A stretch of 64,000 bases of DNA, taken from the NCBI GenBank assembly GCA_030295235.1, contig AP026155.1, forward strand, positions 620,001 through 684,000. Direction: 5' to 3'. A program made the translations under genes and the position numbers. The notes beneath the pieces were generated by a model. That model saw nothing but the letters and a program-made list of their open reading frames with translations, had not been told where the DNA came from and ran no database searches. How positions within the stretch are numbered: the stretch's first letter is position 1; the number at the start of each line of letters is the position of its first letter. Source of the stretch: Fistulifera solaris. Lineage: Eukaryota. Positions 1 to 11,965 of the stretch are shown here, in pieces.

Positions 1-397
1 CCTCCGGCTCCAAAACCACCACCGGCCGAGCCAAATCCACCCGCGTTCGGATCTATCCCCCGCTCCATCATTTCGAGTCCTTGTTTACCGTATTGATCGT
101 ACACTTTGCGCTTGTCGTCATCCGATAAGATCGAATAGGCTTCACTGACTTTGACAAATATTTCTTCGGCTTTTTCCTTTTCGTCGTCCGGTACTTTGTC
201 GGGATGATACTTCAAAGCCAATTTGCGATACGCGGCTTTAATATCTTTCGCATTGGCCTTTTGCTGACACCTAGAATGTCGTAATAATCATCCTTTGCGG
301 AAAAGTTGGCGTGTCGGGCGGCTTTTCCGTGCGATGAGAGAAATGTCAAGAAAAGGAGAAGCCAAAACAGTCGTAAAGATTGTTGTTGCAATTTCAT
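1..397 (-). CDS. DnaJ/Hsp40 J-domain protein with N-terminal signal peptide (3'-partial, runs off the window start; one frameshift near 260)
   Basis: [24 protein letters not shown] signal peptide, then [10 protein letters not shown]; after a 1-nt shift in an A-run it reads [21 protein letters not shown]...[13 protein letters not shown]...[11 protein letters not shown] (HPD motif, G/F region). Confidence 0.9.
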
Positions 398-978
398 AAT
401 GACAGGAACAAAACGAGAGCGGGTGTATGATCCAGATTCAATCAATAGAATGCGAACGAATTGTAGGATTGTGTCTTCTTTTCTAACAAACTGTTGTTAT
501 CGTTGTTGCATGCAAAATGTGTTCTTTGGTTGACGCGATGCGATGCGAAAGAGCCGAAAACGCAAAAGAAAAAGGCGCGACCGAAGGCTCTCTCATCGGA
601 AGCAAATGACGCGAAGTACACTCAATCGGATACTTCAAAGGACAGAAGACACAATAAGTCCATCATTGTGGGAAATGACACGTGGAACCGAAAACCATCA
701 ATATCGGATCGGTACCGAAGAGATTTTCGCAAAACCACGATTAAAAAAAATTAAGCGACGAGAGATGATGAAGATGAGCGACAGAAATCTTTGCACAAAT
801 CTCTTCCGAGCAAGTTACCCGTGTTCTTTCATTTCGATCTTTCGTTGGTCGTAAACGAGAGCACAGCTGCCTTGATTTCAATCTCTTTATTTGCTCAACC
901 ATTCTTTTGCAAGAAACATGACTGTCAAAGGTAGGTTTATCGTCGTCGCTGTATGCGTAGTGTTTGAAATCACTCACG

Positions 979-1540
979 ATGAGACCTCGTAACTCGCAAC
1001 AACAACAACACACACACACACACATTCTAGACGAACCAACCGACAAAAAAAACCGATGTAGAGGAACCCGATATTCCATTCGCCGAGGCATTGTCTGTAC
1101 CGCCGCAGAATAACCCAGTCGTCCAAGCAGCACCCTTGGCACCGACAGCACCGACGCAGAGTACTACGTCGACAGCAGTGCCCACGGGGGCGGCTCCGTC
1201 GGGTGGGACGACGTATCATCTTCCCAACTTGGGACGTCAACCCAAATCGCTCAAGTGTCCGAGCTGTCAGCAAGATATGCAAACGGATGTTACGAACCAA
1301 GTTGACGCCTTTACGTTGTGTTTTGCGTCATCATCTTCCTCTTGTTCTGGCCTCTCTTCTGGTTGGTACGTTGGATCGGGCGTCTCATTTCTTTTCTTTG
1401 GCGTTGTCATTCTGTCTCACGCATCATTCTTGTCACATACTTTGTATACAGCCCTTTGTTCTTCCTCCTTGCAAAGCAGCAGTTCACGTCTGTCCCAAGT
1501 GCCGCAAGCAATTGGGAAAGACCCCTACTGCTGTGGCTAA
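979..1540 (+). CDS. LITAF-domain (CxxC-TM-HxCxxC) membrane-associated protein; intron 1366-1451; homopolymer frameshifts
   Basis: Pro-rich N-terminus, KCPSCQ, hydrophobic CVIIFLLFWPLFWL|PFV, then HVCPKCRKQLG; GTACGT...TACAG intron. Start at 979 and end at 1540 (alternatively 1613) both depend on A-run corrections. Confidence 0.8.
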
Positions 1541-2274
1541 GTACCTGGTAGTAGAGTGTGTCGAAAGAGCCTCAAATATAGTGGTGTATAAGAGTCTATA
1601 TTATTCAAATTGATCTTGAATTCCGTGCACCTACTTTTTATAAAATTTCCGTGTGACGGACGAGTTGGCCATTCCGTAAAAGCACACGTTGCGGTGTGTC
1701 CCAAATACACTCTTGTTTCATCTATTCTCGTGTTTGGCAAATGGGAGTCGGATACAAAGTAGTGTTTCCAATCGTCCATCCCTGTGATAATAATTTCATT
1801 GCATTTATTTTCTCTGGAAATTTATCATTTGCATCATCGTCCCTCCAATGGTCTCTCCCTAATTTCCGGCCACATGATCAGGTAACAGGTGTCACTGGAC
1901 TTTTTCCAATTATGCAAATAGCAATGGAGAATGGAGTACTACGTACCTGGTAACGGCGAACGCCTGTGACTATAGCGGTTTACAGTGTTTGGTCACCGAA
2001 ACGGTAGTCGCTCGTCCAATTTCCAATTTTCACTTGTACACTGTAAAAGTACAGTACATTGATCGAGGGTCTATCCTGCATAGCGTAGGATTTATCTCAA
2101 TACTACGTACTATCAAGGCTACTAACAAAACGACGCGATGCGATGATTCGCCGAGCGGTTCTTCTTCGAGGTATGCATTGTTCTTGCACCTGGTACCTTG
2201 TTATAATTGTTCTTTCCTTGTTGCGATTCCTTTCATATTAATTGTTATTCTTCTATGCGGAAATTCTCTAAGCA

Positions 2275-2742
2275 ATGACTTGGAGCTTTGAGGAACCGAA
2301 CGCGTTTCATGGCGAGGAGATGAATCATCATCCTAACAACCAAGATAACGATGACATCGAAGCAAATCAACACAACAACAATGCGATACAAAACGATGAC
2401 ATTCAATTGTCACTTGCTAGTCGTACAACGAAAGGACATATTTCTTACGCAATTCCTTTGACTCGTCGAAATGTAACACGGATACCGAATGCCATACCGA
2501 TTCGATGGAATCAACATGATCCTCCAGCAGCAGAACCCGAAAAACCGATTCCTTTGCCCAAGATTGCCACCCCGATGTGTGTGACGGGGTCATTGGTTGT
2601 CACTTTCTTGGCCTGGTCCTTAATGGCTGCAGCGACCTTTGCATACGGATATGTTTTGTGGCATTCAGTTTTGTTCTTCTTTAAAGAAGGGGTCTTCTAC
2701 GAGATGGTTGAAAACAACAAGACAGAAATTGTTGTAAATTGA
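2275..2742 (+). CDS. hypothetical membrane protein
   Basis: 155-aa ATG ORF with an N/D-rich N-terminus and a long C-terminal hydrophobic stretch; no recognised domain. Confidence 0.55.
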   Translation: MTWSFEEPNAFHGEEMNHHPNNQDNDDIEANQHNNNAIQNDDIQLSLASRTTKGHISYAIPLTRRNVTRIPNAIPIRWNQHDPPAAEPEKPIPLPKIATPMCVTGSLVVTFLAWSLMAAATFAYGYVLWHSVLFFFKEGVFYEMVENNKTEIVVN

Positions 2743-2992
2743 TAAAAGTCCGTAACGAACGTTTGGACGCAAACGCGAATGTATGCTGCGCGGAACTAAA
2801 AAAGACTAATTAGAGACACAAGTCGTGGTTGTTGGATCGAATGATGTTTCAACCTATCCTTCTTGGCGGCTCCGTTTTGATCATACCCGCCGCTTTAAGG
2901 TGGGTGTGTCGCACACGCAAAAGATGCATTTGATGATGCTTCCATTTTAATATTGTACTGGATAAACATGATGTGTCGCAGATACGTAATAC

Positions 2993-3604
2993 TTAATATT
3001 CCGCCAAGGAATCCAGTTTGGCCTTCCATTCCTCGACTCCCCATGTACTTTCCGTGTCGAGAACCAGCTTGCCGTTGATAACATGTTTGGGGGTGCCAAA
3101 AACGCCATAGCCCAAAGCAATCTTGTGTTCGGCGTACGCGGGTTTGATGACGTTCTCCCAATCGTCCATGCGTCTGATAAAATCATCATATGAGAGCTTA
3201 TTGTCAGCATGAACACTTGTATTATTATTATTATCATCATCATCATCATCCAAAAGACCCGCCTGTTGTGCAATATTCGCAAACGCCCGTTTGATTTCAC
3301 TCTTGGTCGGATCCGGCAAGGCAGCATTCGTGTACTCGTGCTGATGTTCAAAGCACGCATCAATGAATTGCATTTTGGCGTCAGGTCCTTTTTCTTGCCC
3401 CAACAAGTAGGCCGCACACTGACCCGGAAAAGCCTGTGCATGAAAGGCCAAACTCGTCAAATGAATTTGAAAGTCGTATTTCTCACGAAACGCGTTCGCT
3501 AGAACGTGGCGATGCTAGTGCCAATGTTGGCGCGCGTAAGGACACTGCAAATCCCAGAAAATGTGCCAAGTAATCAACGAGGAACGCATCTTCTTGGCTG
3601 ACAT
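2993..3604 (-). CDS. DsbA/thioredoxin-fold protein with an in-frame TAG at 3517-3515
   Basis: Manual translation from ATG 3604: MSAKKMRSSLITWHIFWDLQCPYARQHWH*HRHVLANAFREKYDFQIHL, in frame with ORF 2993-3460, which ends in the cis-Pro loop GVFGTPKHVING. Confidence 0.75.
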
Positions 3605-4049
3605 ATACAAAGGTGATTGCTCCTGAAAGAGTCAAATTGAAAGAAATGATGTCATGCCACCTCTCGAAATGGAAGTTCTTTTATCTTTTGTTTTTTAATG
3701 ATGAGAACCCGTACGAGCTAGTATCATCGTAAAAAATAAAATCGGAACATTTTTTGCTCGTGACTGGCGAAGCCAAAAAAATTGAGTCCTAAAATAAATC
3801 CTCATCGCACGAGTCAAACAGGCCAGTCGGGTGCTCGCATCGGTTTCCAAATGCAATGATAGTACCGTACCGATGAACTAAGGAGGAGAAAAGAAATCTA
3901 GACTATCTAGATAGTTGTGTTCAATTTGTAGTAACTTTACTCACAGTTTCTTCTCTGGCGAAAAAACAAGCCGACGTCTCGGATCGATAACAGAATCGCC
4001 TTTTCTTACAACTGAATAGAATTGACAATCCGGTATCGTTGGCCTTGTT

Positions 4050-4777
4050 TTAGACGCCCGTGCGTTTGTCGACGACGATAAGATGATATCCGAACTGTCT
4101 CCAATGATGATGGATCAAGACAAAATTGACAAACAAGCCAAAGTCCGCAAATCAAAGAACAGTACGGATGTAAGAAATTGCTGACCAATCCTGCATGCGA
4201 CAACCAACCGCCGTATACGCACTGTCACTGGCAATCACGCACCTTGGTTTGTACCGGACCCACCACTTCCCCTAAGGATGTTTGCGGATCAAAGATCACG
4301 GCATCGAATTCTGGTACCATTCGTCCCGGAGGGAAAACTACCCAACGAACCACCTTGCGATGACGAAGGACACGTCGAAAATTGACGAGCCGCGTCGGTG
4401 AATTTCAGTGTCCCTTGTTGAAGCTGATCCATGATCATATCCACGTCCTCGGGTGATTTGACGAGAATATGTCGTGCGGTGGCTTTGATGCCCTCGGGTG
4501 GCGCCGTGTACTACCCGCCATCATGAGAAAAAAGGAAAATCGATAATGCGTGAGCTTGTTCGACGGAAAAGAGTACTTGCGAATAAATAATGAAAAATCA
4601 CAAGCGAAAAGGAATTACCTTTTCATTCGCAAAGGCGTTCTTCAACAAGTTGTCAAAAAATCCCATTTGCAACGTGGCCGACGATCGCGTGGTTGTAGCA
4701 TGACTTGGTATAAACGCCACTGCATGTCTCTGTAGCAGAGAAAGTATAAATATGGATAAGTAATGAAGTAAAGTCAT
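4050..4777 (-). CDS. parvulin/PpiC-type peptidyl-prolyl cis-trans isomerase, probably plastid-targeted; introns 4511-4618 and 4095-4242; one frameshift near 4320
   Basis: Spliced translation: signal peptide ending HAVA-FIP, then ATARHILVK...AARQFSTCPSSSQGGSLGSF...MVPEFDAVIF...GPVQTK|FGYHLIVV, the classic rotamase motifs. Confidence 0.9.
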
Positions 4778-4854
4778 GTTGGTTGATAAAATGACACTCA
4801 ATAACAACGCAAATCAATACTTTGTACGGAGTAATAAAGAGGAGCTCATCCTTC

Positions 4855-4924
4855 TTCGCGACTGAAAATTCATGCAGTCGTGTCGAGTTTCCGCCAACAC
4901 TTAGTGCTTATAGTAAATCGGAAA
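4855..4924 (+). repeat. GACTG-loop-CAGTC hairpin element, copy A
   Basis: TTCGCGACTG-AAAATTCATG-CAGTCGTG...AACACTT...CTTATAGTAAATCGGAAA; aligns with copies at 39421, 50496 and 61190. Confidence 0.7.
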
Positions 4925-5438
4925 TGGAAGAAAAAATAATAACCGAACTGTGGTACAGAGAGAACGGGTGTGACTATGTAACGATTAATTTTACTTAAAG
5001 ACTGGGTACCGATGCGCATGAGTGAGAGACGAGCTAGGATGGTCATGAGTCAATTTAAACTCCGTGTAGGAATTTCATGTTGTTGTGTCATCGGGAGCTT
5101 CAGGAAACGGAGCTTCTGAGAACCGGAAGCCGAAGAAAAATGCAAATGAACGTCAAATTTGCATTCTGACTTGAGGAAATTAGGAATTAGGAATAAATAT
5201 CAGTATAGTACAAAATATCTGTAGACACGGGAACGCACCTCTGCTTGGACATTTCTCTACGGGGGCCTACGTGAGTGTGCACTTTTTCCCGCACCTTGCT
5301 GAAGAGCTCCCTAAAAAGAATCTTCAAAATTTAATACTTTAAAAAAAAGCTTCAAGGCAAACTCCCTACGTCGCCGGATGTCAAAGACAATTGAAATCCA
5401 GCATTATTATTTGTTCCATTATAGGGCTTTGCTTCGTT

Positions 5439-5462
5439 TTCATGACTGAAAGTCAGTCTTGA
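5439..5462 (+). repeat. GACTG-loop-CAGTC hairpin element, copy B (core only)
   Basis: TTCATGACTG-AAAGT-CAGTCTTGA. Confidence 0.6.
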
Positions 5463-5887
5463 GAAAGTGTAGCGACGTCGATTGATGATACGACACTTGT
5501 TCGGTTTTTATCTATTATTCCCAAATCGCATTCTTAGAAAAAACGTGATATTAATGTCGTATAAGATAAAAGTGAACGCGGATCTATTTCTCGTCCGCTC
5601 TCGCTCGTCTTACAAACGCGACGATGAAAAAGTAGAAAAGGCGGCCCTTCACGTCACTACCTGGTACAGTATGTTTATTTAATTGCTCGCTTATATTTAT
5701 TTTGTGCTTTCACACATCGAAAAACAACGATCAAGAGTTGTGACCGGGAATACATCAACTTCGATTTGCAGCAAAATGTCTATTTTCTCATTTTCACAAA
5801 CTCGTAGCCACAGCGAACGACGTTGTCAGCATTCTATAAAGAGAAACAACAACGTTATAACAACGCCCCTCCTTCTCTTTCGCTAGT

Positions 5888-7153
5888 ATGAATTCATCGA
5901 TCCATAATCGCTCTCCTCGACTCCTCTTGTCGAAACGACGCTCCTCCTCTTTGTCGCAAATCGATTCAAAAAGTGTTATCTTTGCCGGATTTGCTCTTTT
6001 TGCGACGGGTTTGTTTGCCATGACGTCTCTGGTATTGCATCGACACCTTTCATCGAGTCCTCTTTCTTCTTCGACATTACTACTACGCCGAAATCATTTT
6101 TCTTTGTCTCATTCCTCAAGCTTATTCACAACTACGTTACCAGCACACTATAGCATGAGACCGCCGGATGTTGTACCGTACGATATTTATCATTGCCCCG
6201 ATATACCACCACCCAATTATCCCTACGAATGGAATGCACTACAAGTTCTCGATCACTGGCCGATTGATGATACGGATGTGCCTGTATCGTGGCATCAAGG
6301 ATTGTGTGTTTGGGATGCTCGCGTCCACATCCAACAAATTGAAACGTACTTGCAGGCGGAAGTACCGTTTGTGTTGCAGCATCATCCCGAGGTCATGGCG
6401 ACTGCGCAACGATGGTCGACACCGGGGTATTTGCATTCGTTATTTGTTCACAAAAAACAAACCACGGAACACAGTATTAACAATCAGTTTCTATTTTGGA
6501 GACCCTTGTCGTTCATGACGCGTCAAATTCCAAACTCAAAATCCACGATTGATCACGTCGATATGACATTTGCTGAATGGTACGACAAAGCACAAGCCTT
6601 GCAACTTGCTTCCGAACCACAAGCGACGCAAGAACATTGGTATTTTCGCATTAATGGGATCCAACGGATGCAGGAAAATCTGTTTTTGTATGACGAATTA
6701 CCGTATTTTAAACCCCAAAAGTCCTGGTTTATGGTAGAACCGGAACAAGAACGGGGCATCAATTGTCGATTCGGTATGAAAGGGGCATTTGCGGCGGCGC
6801 ACTTTGATCCGACTCGAAATTGGATTACTTTGTTGGGTGGAACCCGACGCTATCTCCTAAGCAATTACACCCAATGCGCCAATTTGCAACTCTATCCCAT
6901 CGATCATCCTTCGCAACGTCATTCCATGGTCGATCGGAGTCGGCCTCGAGAATATTTAGAAGAGCATCCCTCGAGTAGTTTCGCCCAAGCGACTGTCAAT
7001 GAAGTGGTGTTACAAGCGGGAGATGCCTTGTATTTGCCGACTTCGTGGTTTCATGCTATTGTTTCCCTCGATATCAATTATCAATGCAATGCTCGGTCGG
7101 GTGTGACGCCGGAGAGTTTTCCTACTCTACGAGAATGTGGATTTGGGAATTGA
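5888..7153 (+). CDS. JmjC/cupin-like 2OG-Fe(II) oxygenase with N-terminal membrane anchor
   Basis: Intact 421-aa ORF; AAHFD...LQAGDALYLPTSWFHAIVS gives the HxD...H triad; hydrophobic segment VIFAGFALFATGLFAMTSLVL. Confidence 0.85.
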   Translation: MNSSIHNRSPRLLLSKRRSSSLSQIDSKSVIFAGFALFATGLFAMTSLVLHRHLSSSPLSSSTLLLRRNHFSLSHSSSLFTTTLPAHYSMRPPDVVPYDIYHCPDIPPPNYPYEWNALQVLDHWPIDDTDVPVSWHQGLCVWDARVHIQQIETYLQAEVPFVLQHHPEVMATAQRWSTPGYLHSLFVHKKQTTEHSINNQFLFWRPLSFMTRQIPNSKSTIDHVDMTFAEWYDKAQALQLASEPQATQEHWYFRINGIQRMQENLFLYDELPYFKPQKSWFMVEPEQERGINCRFGMKGAFAAAHFDPTRNWITLLGGTRRYLLSNYTQCANLQLYPIDHPSQRHSMVDRSRPREYLEEHPSSSFAQATVNEVVLQAGDALYLPTSWFHAIVSLDINYQCNARSGVTPESFPTLRECGFGN

Positions 7154-7844
7154 GCCTAGGGAGACCTTTCTCACAGCATACAGCATGATATTGAAGAAAA
7201 GCGAGCATGGAGAAAGCATGCTAACCTAAAGGAATAATTGAATAAGTTTGACGGAAAGAATCTAAGTAACATCAAACTTTTAAAATAACACTTTTTCATT
7301 TGTACCGATCACGCTTCTTCAGTACACAAACCATTTTCTTACGGTGCGACAAACAATCACGTGATAGAGACAACTTGTCTTGTTTCTTAATTGAAAGCAC
7401 GCTTCGGAGGGCATTCGACGCGATCATTCTTCCTGCCTCCAAAGAAACGTCCTCGACGAAGCAAGCGACGCGTCGGGCACGGATCTTTTCATCGTCACAG
7501 AACCACAAGAAGGGTAAAATCTCACACCACGTCCAGTGGAAGGTGTCTTCGGCACAGACACCGCGGGCGGCGACTTTTTTTCAGTTTTCAGAAAGGAGAA
7601 ACAGAGACAGAATAAGTATTATTGAACGATTGACGACATATTTTTTTAAATCGAATTCCAGTCCAGGTCACTTACAGGCTAGAGTAAAGACAAGAAGGAA
7701 CGGCAATGCTGAATCTGCATGTTAAATGAAGTTGGTAATGGCAGCCTGTTACGCTACAACCGACGAGCTTTCTGTGTTGATTTGTTGTCGAAGCCGATGA
7801 GGCTTTCCAAATCTTTCGGACGCGCACGCGAATTTCATGCACCA

Positions 7845-7924
7845 GGAAACGGCGTTAAAATTCTGCCTCTTCGTAGACGCTACGTAGAATCTTGTACTGG
7901 AGGCAGAATTTTAACGTCCTTTCC
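7845..7924. mobile_element. 80-bp inverted-repeat (MITE-like) element, copy 1
   Basis: GGAAACGGCGTTAAAATTCTGCCTC...GAGGCAGAATTTTAACGTCCTTTCC with a 17-bp perfect inner stem; near-identical copy at 60830-60908. The repeat is seen directly; mobility is inferred. Confidence 0.6.
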
Positions 7925-8194
7925 AGAAGGTAAACGCAAACTCGTGTAGAAAAATGTACTGGGATTCAATGACCTCATCTCTTATGTCTTATGACTCGAA
8001 CAAGGGCTAAAAGGAAGACCCTATGCGTTTCTTTACGTGTCGGCATTCACCGTATCTCCGACTCAATTGGCAGTCCCGGGCTTTTTTCGACAGCAAAAAG
8101 AAAAAAAGATGAGCAGGATAATACAACAAAAGTATTCTGCAGAAAAGATAGCGATTGCTATTTAAAACTGATAAACAGGCGTCTACCTTTGTAA

Positions 8195-11100
8195 TCACTT
8201 TCTGTCAGTTTTGCGAGCCGTTGCATGGCTGGCTTCAAGCAATCGAAAGGCAATTGATGCGACCAGTATGATCGCACTGCCAAGCCAGCTAATATACCAC
8301 TCAAATACACTCAAGAATAGAATGCTCGCTACCCACAGCACAATCTGCAAAGGTGTACCCATTTTCAAAAAGTCGGTGTACTTGTAACCTCCTGGTCCGT
8401 ATATCAACAAGTTTGTCGTGTAGCCGTATGGTGTCATAAAACTTGCGGAAGCACCAGCATGAGACTGTAGCTCATCAGCGTGCGATCAATACCAGCACTT
8501 TCAGCTGCATTCATCGCAACAGGGAAGAGCAAAGCAGCAGCAGCGTTGTTTGTCAAGACACTGCTGATCAAAAACGTCGCAAAATAGACTGCACCTAACA
8601 AACCTGCATCGCCGATTCCCATCGCTGTGCCAACGTCGACAAGGAAATTTGCAATAATGTCCGCGACACCAGAGTTCATGAGAGCTGTACCGATACCAAA
8701 TGCAGACGCGATGATCACGTAGATATCCCAGTTGACAGAGTCTCTGGCCTCCTGCTCCGACATAATTCCGATTGCCACCATGGAGAAAGAAGCAACAAGA
8801 CCACAAACAACCAACTCTGCTACTCCGGCGGAGAATACTGCCAACATCGTAACGGTGATGATAAGGGCTGGAATAAGCAACGATAGACGAGGAGGAGCCG
8901 AATCTTCAACTTCTGCTAGTAGGGCAAACGACCTGTCATGTTCGGCAGTCTTGCTGATAAACGACGGGCCAGCTTCGAGCAATAACACATCACCGGCTTG
9001 CAATTTAACTTGACCGGGATGATCGTGAACTCGTTTCCCTTCGCGGTGGACGGCGATGACGGCTGCTCCATATCGCGAGCGGAAACGCATTTCCTTGACA
9101 GTATGACCAACCAAGGCACCGTTGCGAGCCACAACAGCTTGCACTAGACGGCGATCGAATATCTTGTCCTCGATCTTTCCGACTTCTTTACTTTCGTAGG
9201 AACGCAAGCCAGGAATCTTACGCAAATCACCAACGGATGCGGCGCTTCCGCTGAACCAAAGAATATCACCCTCTTGAAGTGGGTCGTCTTTCGTGATCGC
9301 GACCATTGAGAAATTTTGGACACTGTTTCTATCGCTCTGAGACAACGCATCGTTCACGCTTGATTTGCCACCTTGTACCTTGCATACGCCACCAGGAGTT
9401 GGGCGATCAATGGTTACAAGGTATATTCCTGGAAGCCTGGTGATGGCAAGCTGATTGGCAGTCTTGCCAATAAAGCCGGATTTCTCGGCAACCGCCATGG
9501 CCGTTAAGAATTCACGTGTCTCTCCAGACTGTGGGGTCAACACCTGCAAGTCTTTCCAGGCGGCTTCGACAACGGCGGCATGTTCCACGTCCCCGTCAAC
9601 ATCTTCAGTAGCTGCAGAGTCAATCGACTTGTTCCCACGTTTAGCAGCTAGCTTTCCAAGACTTAACGCCGAGCCGGATTTTGAAACAGCTTTCTCCTCG
9701 AGATAGAAGTCAGCCGGTGGGTCGAGAAGTAGCGGCGAGCCTTCCTTAGCTTGTAGCACAAGCACATCTCCCTCTTGGAACTGATTTTCCGGATCGACAA
9801 CCAGCGCGGCTTTGTAAAGATGGTTAAAATTGATTTCAGAGGCCATCTTTCCCTCCAACCGTGAACCTCTGCGAACCTGGGCGCGCAACACACGCAGACC
9901 TCTTTGTTTCGCAACTCCCCCATCGGCAGATAGCAATGCATTCAAGACACTCCAGATTTGATCCAAATCCGGCAAGTCCTCTACTTGGATGGCCTCTGTA
10001 CGCCAGATGGAAAGTGAACGACTTCCTCGGACCGCAGCCTCCGTGTGGCGCAGCTCAAGACCAAGTTTCAGCAAACCCTTCGAAATGTCAAGCAACAGCC
10101 CCGGGCGGTCGGGAGCATCCACACCCACGACAACAATATCTCCATCCATACTGACAACAATACTCGCGGGAGCGCTCTTGCATGCCTGGATCGCCTTCTT
10201 CGTCTCCCCGAATCACATCAGTCATTCGGTGAATACTGCGCAAACGTTCTTCATCGTCAGCGTCGAGCAAAGACTCCTTCGTCGTACCAACTTGAAGACC
10301 TATCAAGTTCTTGTCAGGATTGACATCGTCTTGTTCTGTTACGGCGGTAGTGTTTTCGATCCCTCCCGGCGCGTCTTTGATTTCAGTCTCGTTCGTGACC
10401 ATCTCGAGGCCGTGCTCTTCACAAAACTCGCCAAACGATTCGACTAGGCCAGTGAAATAGAGGGTATCTCCGGCGTTCAAGACAAAATCCCTCGACACGG
10501 CACGATGCACATTCCCAGTGGTGGCACGAAGGACGCTGACCAGGTAGATACCGCCTGTGTCACGCAATCCACTGCGCTGCACCGTTCGACCTGCAGCGGG
10601 TGACCATGCCGTAACTCGGGCACCTAACAGAATGGCATCCTGATCATCCTGTTCGATCTTTCCCGGTAACAGATAGGGACTGAACAAAATGACATATGCT
10701 ATCCCCACCATGGCCACAGGCACACCGTACACACCCAAATCGAACAAACTAATGGGCACTTCATCTCCATATCGATCTTCGAGAAGACCTGTCACCACCA
10801 AGTTGGTAGAAGTACCAATCAAAGTACACGTTCCTCCAAAGATACTTCCCCACGAAAGCGGAATGAGTAATTGCTGTTTAGGAAGACCGATATTCTTGGC
10901 CCAGCGCTGAATGATCGGTAACATCACGACGACAATCGGTGTATTGTTCAAAAACGCACTCACAATCGTAATAGGAATTAAAATACGCAACTGTGCACTC
11001 GCAATGCTTTTCGGAGTCCCCAATAACTTGGCCATGTACCAGTCGAGTGCGCCTGTTTTCGAAATGCCTTCCGCTACGACAAACAGCACCATCACGGTAA

Positions 11101-11365
11101 TGAGACCGGTATTCGCAAAGCCCGCCAGACCTTCTTTGACGGTAATAATCCCCGCAACCATGAACATGGTCATAGCAATGAGCATAATATGATCGGCACC
11201 GATACGATCCGTGATGAGAGCTGCGAACATGACGACAATGACTACGGACGTGTACACAATCTCCCAGGTTTCGTCATCGTCTTCCGGTTTGGCTTCCTCC
11301 AAATGCCTTGAGTGCGCCCCGCACGGACCGTACGAAGAGACTTCTTCATTCGGAAAGGGAAACAT
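8195..11365 (-). CDS. SLC13/CitMHS-type Na+/anion (sulfate-like) transporter with TrkA-C domains and an ACT-like insert, copy 1; frameshifts near 10178 and 8455
   Basis: [36 protein letters not shown] and [23 protein letters not shown] motifs; TrkA-C repeats ([15 protein letters not shown]); three overlapping ORFs join into one gene. Confidence 0.92.
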
Positions 11366-11965
11366 GATGAGATTATTGCGTAAACGATAATCCAGAGGAT
11401 TTATTTGAAAATGAATGCCACACAAATAAAGGATCTCCGCTTCTTTGCCTTTTTTTGTGTGAGGGTGATGGACGAGGGACGAGGTGACAGTTCTCCGTAA
11501 TAGTGATGCGTAGAATTTTTACGAGGAAGTAGGGTGAGACGGAAACGGTTTTGCCTCTGACACGAGACACGATAGACTTCTGCAAAACGTTAAAAATAGC
11601 CATATAGTGTACATTTCATGGTCGCACAGGTAAACAGATTATTCAACAGTCGATCGTTTTTGAAAATTCAAACACGCTCATTCGTGATCGAAGAGCAACA
11701 GCACCATCGACCACCGCATTAATTTCTCTTATATGGAGACAAAACCCTTTTGAGAAAGAACAAACCCTTTTTACAAACCACAATGCCTATTCCGTAACTA
11801 GGTAAACGACTGACTATGGTGACGAAGATGCCGCTTTATCTCAACTCAAAATACTCTTTGAAAGAGCAACGAGGGAGCCTTCGCGGGTAGTTAGTTGACT
11901 GTTCTCAAAGTCGCTCACTCCCTGACGAAAAGCTGATCGGATGCAGCAAAATGAAAGCAGAACGA

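Noticed and set aside
7296..7725. ORFs and a small GGTGTC/GACACC hairpin followed by a T-run (possible Pol III RNA)
   Set aside because: No SRP, U3, RNase P/MRP or snRNA consensus could be recognised, and the ORFs lack domain features.
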